A DNA stretch of 32,000 bases, from contig DATKYM010000100.1 of NCBI GenBank assembly GCA_035528495.1, forward strand, positions 72,784 through 104,783, given 5' to 3'. Under the pieces are notes generated by a model. The model did not search any database. It saw nothing but the letters and a program-made list of their open reading frames with translations, and was not told the DNA's origin. The stretch is from Nitrosopumilaceae archaeon (GTDB taxonomy: Archaea > Thermoproteota > Nitrososphaeria > Nitrososphaerales > Nitrosopumilaceae). The position numbers and the translations under genes were made by a program. Positions 27,147-32,000 of this stretch are shown here, piece by piece (position 1 is the stretch's first letter; each line of letters starts with the position of its first letter).

Positions 27147-27812
27147 ATGGGAGATCCTAAATATCCACGAAAAACTTGGAGAAAACCAAAAAGACCGCTG
27201 AATTATGACTTGAAAATGGAAGAGCTTAAAACTCTCGGTACATTTGGTTTAAGAACAAAAAAAGAATTATGGAAAGCACATACAAAACTATCTAGTGTAA
27301 GACATCAAGCAAGATCATTACTTGCCTTGCAACAAGATATTCGAGAAGAGAAAGAACCAATATTAATGAAATCTTTAGCTCGGGTTGGATTAGTAAGTAG
27401 TGATGCAACTTTAGATGATGTGTTAAATCTTGAAGTTAATGATTTACTTACCCGAAGATTGCAAACATTGGTTCATAAAAAATTTGGATTCCAAACACCT
27501 TATCAGGCAAGACAAGCAGTGGTTCATGGTCACATAATGATTGGTGATAGAGTGATCAATATTCCATCATATACAGTAACAACAGCTGAAGAAGAAAATA
27601 TTAAATTTACACCAGAATCAAAGTTTCCAGAAATTTTAGAAAAAAGTAAAGCAGAATCTAAACCAGTTGTAGAAAACACATCAGAAGAATCTATTGAGAA
27701 GCAGGCTGAAATCCCATCTGAGAACACTAAAACAGAAAGCGGAAATACCTCTGAAGATCAAAAAAAGATTCAGACAGAACCGGTAGCACAAGTCACCGAG
27801 ACCAAAGAATGA
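27147..27812 (+). CDS. rps4: 30S ribosomal protein S4 (uS4) with Glu/Lys-rich C-terminal extension
   Basis: MGDPKYPRKTWRKPKRPLNYDLKMEE...LLTRRLQTLVHKKFGFQTPYQARQAVVHGHIMIGDRVINIPSYTV, followed by a charged low-complexity tail. Confidence 0.95.
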   Translation: MGDPKYPRKTWRKPKRPLNYDLKMEELKTLGTFGLRTKKELWKAHTKLSSVRHQARSLLALQQDIREEKEPILMKSLARVGLVSSDATLDDVLNLEVNDLLTRRLQTLVHKKFGFQTPYQARQAVVHGHIMIGDRVINIPSYTVTTAEEENIKFTPESKFPEILEKSKAESKPVVENTSEESIEKQAEIPSENTKTESGNTSEDQKKIQTEPVAQVTETKE

Positions 27813-27885
27813 AAATTCTTCAACTAATTGTTCATAGTGAAAATCTAATCAATAAAATACCCCAATAATTACAGAAAGATCAATT

Positions 27886-29646
27886 ATGTGCTCAATTATA
27901 GGTTATTCTGGAAACGATATGGCAGCTCCAATCATAGTCAAGGGACTAAAGAGGATGGAGTATAGAGGATATGATAGTGTCGGAGTCGCAACTGAATCAA
28001 ACCACCAAATTGAATTAAAGAAAGGAGTAGGAAAAGTAGCAGTAGTAAATTCTAAAATTCAACTTGATGATTTACCTGGAACTATTGGAATAGGACATAC
28101 TAGGTGGGCCACTCATGGAAAGGTTACAGAAGCAAATGCTCACCCACATTCTAGTGATTCAGGAAAAATTGCCATAGTACATAATGGGATTATCGAAAAT
28201 TTTGAGGAATTAAAGGAGAGTTTGAAAAAAGAGGGATATAAGTTTCAAAGTGAAACAGACAGTGAAGTTATAGCAAATCTTTTACAAAAAAATTATGAAA
28301 ATTTAAAGAATGTAAAAAATACAATGATAAAAACATTGTCTGAATTAAAGGGACACTATTCTTTTATTGCAATGTTTGAAAATGGTCAATTAGCCGCAGC
28401 TAGATTTCATGAACCATTAATTATTGGAGTAGGAAGGGAAAATTATTTTCTATCAAGTGATGTGTTAGGATTTATTGAACAAACTGATGATGCAATTTAC
28501 ATAGACAATGGGAATTTTGTTTTAATTGATCAAGGTAAGATGCAAATTTTAAATTTTGATGGGAATGAAATAAAATCGCAAGTAACAAAGGTATCTAAGG
28601 AATTTGCAGATGTCTACAAAGGAGATTATGCTCATTTTACATTAAAGGAAATTTCTGAACAAACAGAAACAATTTTCAAGGCAGGTGAAACTACAAAAGA
28701 AGCACTAAAAATAGCTGTAGATTATCTTAAAAATGCAAAAAATATCTATCTTACCGGTAGTGGAACAAGTTATAATGCTTCTTTGGTGGGAAAATATCTT
28801 TTATCAAAATATGCAAAAATAAAATCAGAGTCAATCATTGCAAGTGAAATGCAATTTTCCCAGGATAGTATAGAACCAGAATCAATATTTATTGCACTAT
28901 CCCAAAGCGGAGAAAGTGCAGATGTGTTAGAAGCAGTAAATATTGCCAAAAAAACCAATTGTAAAATAATATCAATAATTAATTCTTTGACCTCAACTTT
29001 AGCCAGAGAGTCAGATTGTGTTATTGGAATGAATTGTGGTCCTGAAATTGGAGTAGCATCTACCAAGAGTTTTACATCACAATTAATTATTTTGTATAAA
29101 ATTATTGAAGAATTAAGTAATGAAAAAATTGACATTGATTTTCAAGAAATTTCATCTTCAATCTCACAAATCCTTATGGACCATAACAAGATTAAAAAAC
29201 TTGCCAGTGAAATTAAGGAAATATCAGATATCTATGTACTTGGAAGAGGAATCCATTATCCGATAGCCATAGAATCTGCGTTAAAAATTAAAGAGCTTAC
29301 CTATATTCATGCAGAGGGAATTGCAGGCGGAGAATTAAAGCACGGACCTCTTGCATTGATGGACTCTAGCGTTTTTGTAATTATTATCAATCCAGAAGAT
29401 TCAACTTATCAAGACACTTTGATGAGTGGCCGAGAAATTAAAGCTCGTGGAGCAAAAATAATTGGAATTTCTGATAGAAACAGCGATGTATATGACTATT
29501 GGATTCAAATTCCAAAGACACATGAGTTAACTTTCCCCATTTCAGAAACCATTCCAATTCAGCTATTATCATATTATGCTGCACTTGAAAAAGAGACCGA
29601 TCCTGATTATCCAAGAAACTTGGCAAAGTCAGTTACTGTGAAGTAA
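27886..29646 (+). CDS. glmS: Glutamine--fructose-6-phosphate aminotransferase (isomerising)
   Basis: MCSIIGYSG (catalytic Cys2), TRWATHGKVTEANAHPH, IGVASTKSFTSQL, ELKHGPLAL, and C-terminal KSVTVK. Confidence 0.97.
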   Translation: MCSIIGYSGNDMAAPIIVKGLKRMEYRGYDSVGVATESNHQIELKKGVGKVAVVNSKIQLDDLPGTIGIGHTRWATHGKVTEANAHPHSSDSGKIAIVHNGIIENFEELKESLKKEGYKFQSETDSEVIANLLQKNYENLKNVKNTMIKTLSELKGHYSFIAMFENGQLAAARFHEPLIIGVGRENYFLSSDVLGFIEQTDDAIYIDNGNFVLIDQGKMQILNFDGNEIKSQVTKVSKEFADVYKGDYAHFTLKEISEQTETIFKAGETTKEALKIAVDYLKNAKNIYLTGSGTSYNASLVGKYLLSKYAKIKSESIIASEMQFSQDSIEPESIFIALSQSGESADVLEAVNIAKKTNCKIISIINSLTSTLARESDCVIGMNCGPEIGVASTKSFTSQLIILYKIIEELSNEKIDIDFQEISSSISQILMDHNKIKKLASEIKEISDIYVLGRGIHYPIAIESALKIKELTYIHAEGIAGGELKHGPLALMDSSVFVIIINPEDSTYQDTLMSGREIKARGAKIIGISDRNSDVYDYWIQIPKTHELTFPISETIPIQLLSYYAALEKETDPDYPRNLAKSVTVK

Positions 29647-30706
29647 ATATTCGATCATATTCGTTTTCAGCTAGCTCTAAAAATTTTGAAGAATTATTTC
29701 TAGTTTTTAACAAGGAAGCAATGATACTTCCTCCAGCACCAACTCCCTCCTTTGCGAATCCTTCTGAAAAAGCCCTTAATCCAGGAAATTTTGAATTTTC
29801 TAGGTGTGGATTTACAGATATTGCTGGAATATCCGCAATTTCAGAAACAAGATTTTTGAAATTGGCACTTTCATCCCCTGATACATAACTGGTTGTCCCA
29901 ATTGCAGTATTTTTTTCGTTAAATCCAATTTTTGATGCAAAAGCTAAAACTGCCGTCATTTGTGTTCCGCCTGCCAACATTACTGGGTTAATTTCAGATG
30001 CAGCACTCAACATTCCAGTTACAAAAGGAATCATCGGATCCCCAACCTGTGCAATAACATCATACGGATTATCAGAATCTAATCTGTCCAGAGCCATACT
30101 AGCAATTTGATTCTTTAAAATAACAGGATTGTTTGGAATACTAGAACTTACTTTTGCATTATACCCAAAAGCCTTCATCACGGCGAGTGCAGTAGTCGTA
30201 CCGCCAGGAATACTTTCACCAATTATCAAACAATCAGTAATGGATGCCAAAGTTCTTCCAATAATTCGCCCATAATTTACTGCTTGAGAAACTTGAGAAT
30301 CAGTCATTGCAGGATTTACTGAAATGTTTTTCCCCGGCGATAAACCTGTTTGAATAAATGGTAATTGAGGAGATATTTTACTCCCAGCATTAATTACAAT
30401 GTGTGGTATACTGGATGATTCAAGTGCTGTTTTAGTAAGTAGGGCAGGAGTAGGTTTTCCATCAGGAGTCATGGGAATTTTGTCAATAGTTTTACAATTA
30501 CCATAGTAAAGGTATTCGGCATCTGCAGGAGGTGTATATTGTATTGACTCGTTATCTGCACCTGCAAAAGTTATACCTGGAATTTCACAGGTTTCGGTAT
30601 AAGAAATAACAAATGAAAATAAAAATTTTCCGTCTTTTATCCTATCAATGAAATTTTCACCTTTGGTGATATTTCCAAATAATTCAAAATCATCCAACCA
30701 CTTCAC
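29633..30706 (-). CDS. cobT: CobT-family nicotinate-nucleotide:base phosphoribosyltransferase (archaeal type)
   Basis: NPAMTDSQVSQAVNYGRIIG, LIIGESIPGGTTTALAVM, VGDPMIPFVTGML, PVMLAGGTQMTAVLAF, and a C-terminal EGVGAGGS motif. Confidence 0.85.
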   Translation of the reverse strand: MKWLDDFELFGNITKGENFIDRIKDGKFLFSFVISYTETCEIPGITFAGADNESIQYTPPADAEYLYYGNCKTIDKIPMTPDGKPTPALLTKTALESSSIPHIVINAGSKISPQLPFIQTGLSPGKNISVNPAMTDSQVSQAVNYGRIIGRTLASITDCLIIGESIPGGTTTALAVMKAFGYNAKVSSSIPNNPVILKNQIASMALDRLDSDNPYDVIAQVGDPMIPFVTGMLSAASEINPVMLAGGTQMTAVLAFASKIGFNEKNTAIGTTSYVSGDESANFKNLVSEIADIPAISVNPHLENSKFPGLRAFSEGFAKEGVGAGGSIIASLLKTRNNSSKFLELAENEYDRIFTSQ

Positions 30707-31314
30707 CGTCCCATCATATCAAGAAATTCTTCTTCTGTCCTTTTTTGCATTACTAGATTAGTTATTTTTTCTTTTCCAATTGTAGAAATTAAGGATGACC
30801 CATAATTGTGCCCACAGTATAGAGTGAGATTTTCATCCAAAGAATACAAAATATCAAAAAGACTGTGATAAAGTTCCTTGGCGCTACCTCCAGGTAAGTC
30901 AATACGCCCGCAATTACCCACAAAAAGTGTGTCGCCTGAAAAAATTTTTCCATCACCAACTAGACAAATACTATCTCTAGAATGTCCGGGTGTATGGAAA
31001 ACACGTAATTCTGAATTTCCAAAAGTTATCAGATCACCATCTTTGACTGTAATATCATTTTGTAATTCTGATTCTTCATGCTGAATTATTTTTGCCCCAG
31101 TTGATTTTGCCATAGCCTCATTCCCAACAGTATGATCAAAATGATGGTGAGTGTTTACAATGTATTTTATTTTTAAATTATTTCTAGTAATAACCTGTTC
31201 AATCTTGTCAAGATCCCAAGAAGGATCAATTACAATTCCTTGGTCAGTGTTATCATCTTCAACTACATATGCAAAGTTTTGCATGCTTCCAACTTGGATT
31301 TGGTGTACTTTCAT
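30703..31314 (-). CDS. MBL-fold metallo-hydrolase (glyoxalase II-like)
   Basis: IVNTHHHFDHTVGNEAMAKSTGAKII, FHTPGHSRDSICLVGDGKIFSGDTLF, and YCGHNYGS. Confidence 0.92.
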   Translation of the reverse strand: MKVHQIQVGSMQNFAYVVEDDNTDQGIVIDPSWDLDKIEQVITRNNLKIKYIVNTHHHFDHTVGNEAMAKSTGAKIIQHEESELQNDITVKDGDLITFGNSELRVFHTPGHSRDSICLVGDGKIFSGDTLFVGNCGRIDLPGGSAKELYHSLFDILYSLDENLTLYCGHNYGSSLISTIGKEKITNLVMQKRTEEEFLDMMGR

Positions 31315-31955
31315 AACACGCCTACCTCAGCTTCTGGAGGTATTCCAATTTTTTCAGCATAGAGTTCTCCTGTAAGATCTTTTCTTTTTGGAATTCCCCT
31401 TTTCATTTTATGAAATGTTACAGTCATGTCTGATTTTACATAAATATTTGCAGTTTCTCCACTTTCAGGGTTTAATCCAGAGGGCACATCTATTGCAAAC
31501 TTGAAACAGTTTAGTCCATTTATGTAATTTATTGCAGAGGCATATGGTTCTTTAATTTCACCTGAAATCCCAGTACCTAAAATTCCATCAATGACAACAT
31601 CTGGATTAAAATCATAACTAATTTCATTACCAGAAAGTAATTTGACAGAAGGCATTTTTTCCAAGATGGACCAATTCCAACTACTTTCCTCAGTTTTAAT
31701 TTTTTCAGGAGATCCAAGTAGAACTACAGTTACCATTGAGCCATAACCAGAAAGATGTCTTGCCATCACCAATCCATCTCCTCCATTATTTCCCATACCA
31801 ACAAAAATCAAAATTTCTTTTTTTTCAAGGTCTAATTTTTCTGCCAATCTTTTGACTGCTGCTGCTCCAGCATTTTCCATCATGAATTTTTTTAAAAATC
31901 CCATATTATGCCCGTTATTTTCGATTTGATACATTTGATCTACAGATATTTCCAT
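31311..31955 (-). CDS. nnrE: NAD(P)H-hydrate epimerase (YjeF_N domain only)
   Basis: MENAGAAAVKRLAEKL, FVGMGNNGGDGLVMARHLSG, VIDGILGTGISGEIKEPY, FAIDVPSGLNPESGE, and TVTFHKMKRG. Confidence 0.9.
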   Translation of the reverse strand: MEISVDQMYQIENNGHNMGFLKKFMMENAGAAAVKRLAEKLDLEKKEILIFVGMGNNGGDGLVMARHLSGYGSMVTVVLLGSPEKIKTEESSWNWSILEKMPSVKLLSGNEISYDFNPDVVIDGILGTGISGEIKEPYASAINYINGLNCFKFAIDVPSGLNPESGETANIYVKSDMTVTFHKMKRGIPKRKDLTGELYAEKIGIPPEAEVGVL

Positions 31956-31980
31956 AAAGAATGTAAAATAGACGTAAAAT

Positions 31981-32000
31981 ATGAGCTTTGAGAATACGTT
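31981..32000 (+). CDS. Possible start of a downstream gene (truncated)
   Basis: An ATG opens a frame (MSFENT...) to the window edge. Only 20 nt are visible. Confidence 0.15.

Noticed and set aside
28770-29135. 121-aa minus-strand ORF
   Set aside because: Antisense within glmS, which is intact and confidently identified.
1-32000. Defence island, prophage or integrated element
   Set aside because: No integrase, phage structural, restriction-modification, toxin-antitoxin or CRISPR genes were seen. Most genes are housekeeping or lineage-typical surface and metal functions.

Overview
The window looks like chromosomal DNA from an ammonia-oxidising archaeon (Thaumarchaeota/Nitrosopumilales-like). 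This is inferred from the unsplit rpoB, the PEFG-CTERM surface proteins, the WW-x-SD repeats and the AT-rich, tightly packed gene layout. Identifiable content: (1) the RNA polymerase operon rpoH-rpoB-rpoA on the minus strand, with rpoA truncated at the window edge; (2) a tandem array of four secreted PEFG-CTERM paralogues, three with nucleotide-identical 3' ends; (3) a nickel-pincer-nucleotide (Lar) cofactor locus, larC-larE-cysteine desulfurase on the minus strand divergent from mdh-larB on the plus strand, with no larA visible; (4) a cobalamin-binding-like radical SAM protein; (5) two more surface proteins, one with a Pro-rich linker and CFI-box-CTERM-like tail and one 1062-aa S-layer-like protein; (6) a metal locus with a CDF exporter carrying three cytosolic dimerisation-like domains, a ZIP transporter overlapping a multicopper oxidase gene, a small membrane protein and a winged-helix regulator; (7) ribosomal proteins S13 and S4 with low-complexity tails, glmS, a CobT-family protein, an MBL-fold hydrolase and NnrE. 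I found no tRNA, rRNA, CRISPR array or transposase. The candidates most worth follow-up are the Lar locus without larA but with mdh, the modular surface-protein array with homogenised sorting tails, the metal locus, and an unannotated 50-aa Cys-rich ORF.
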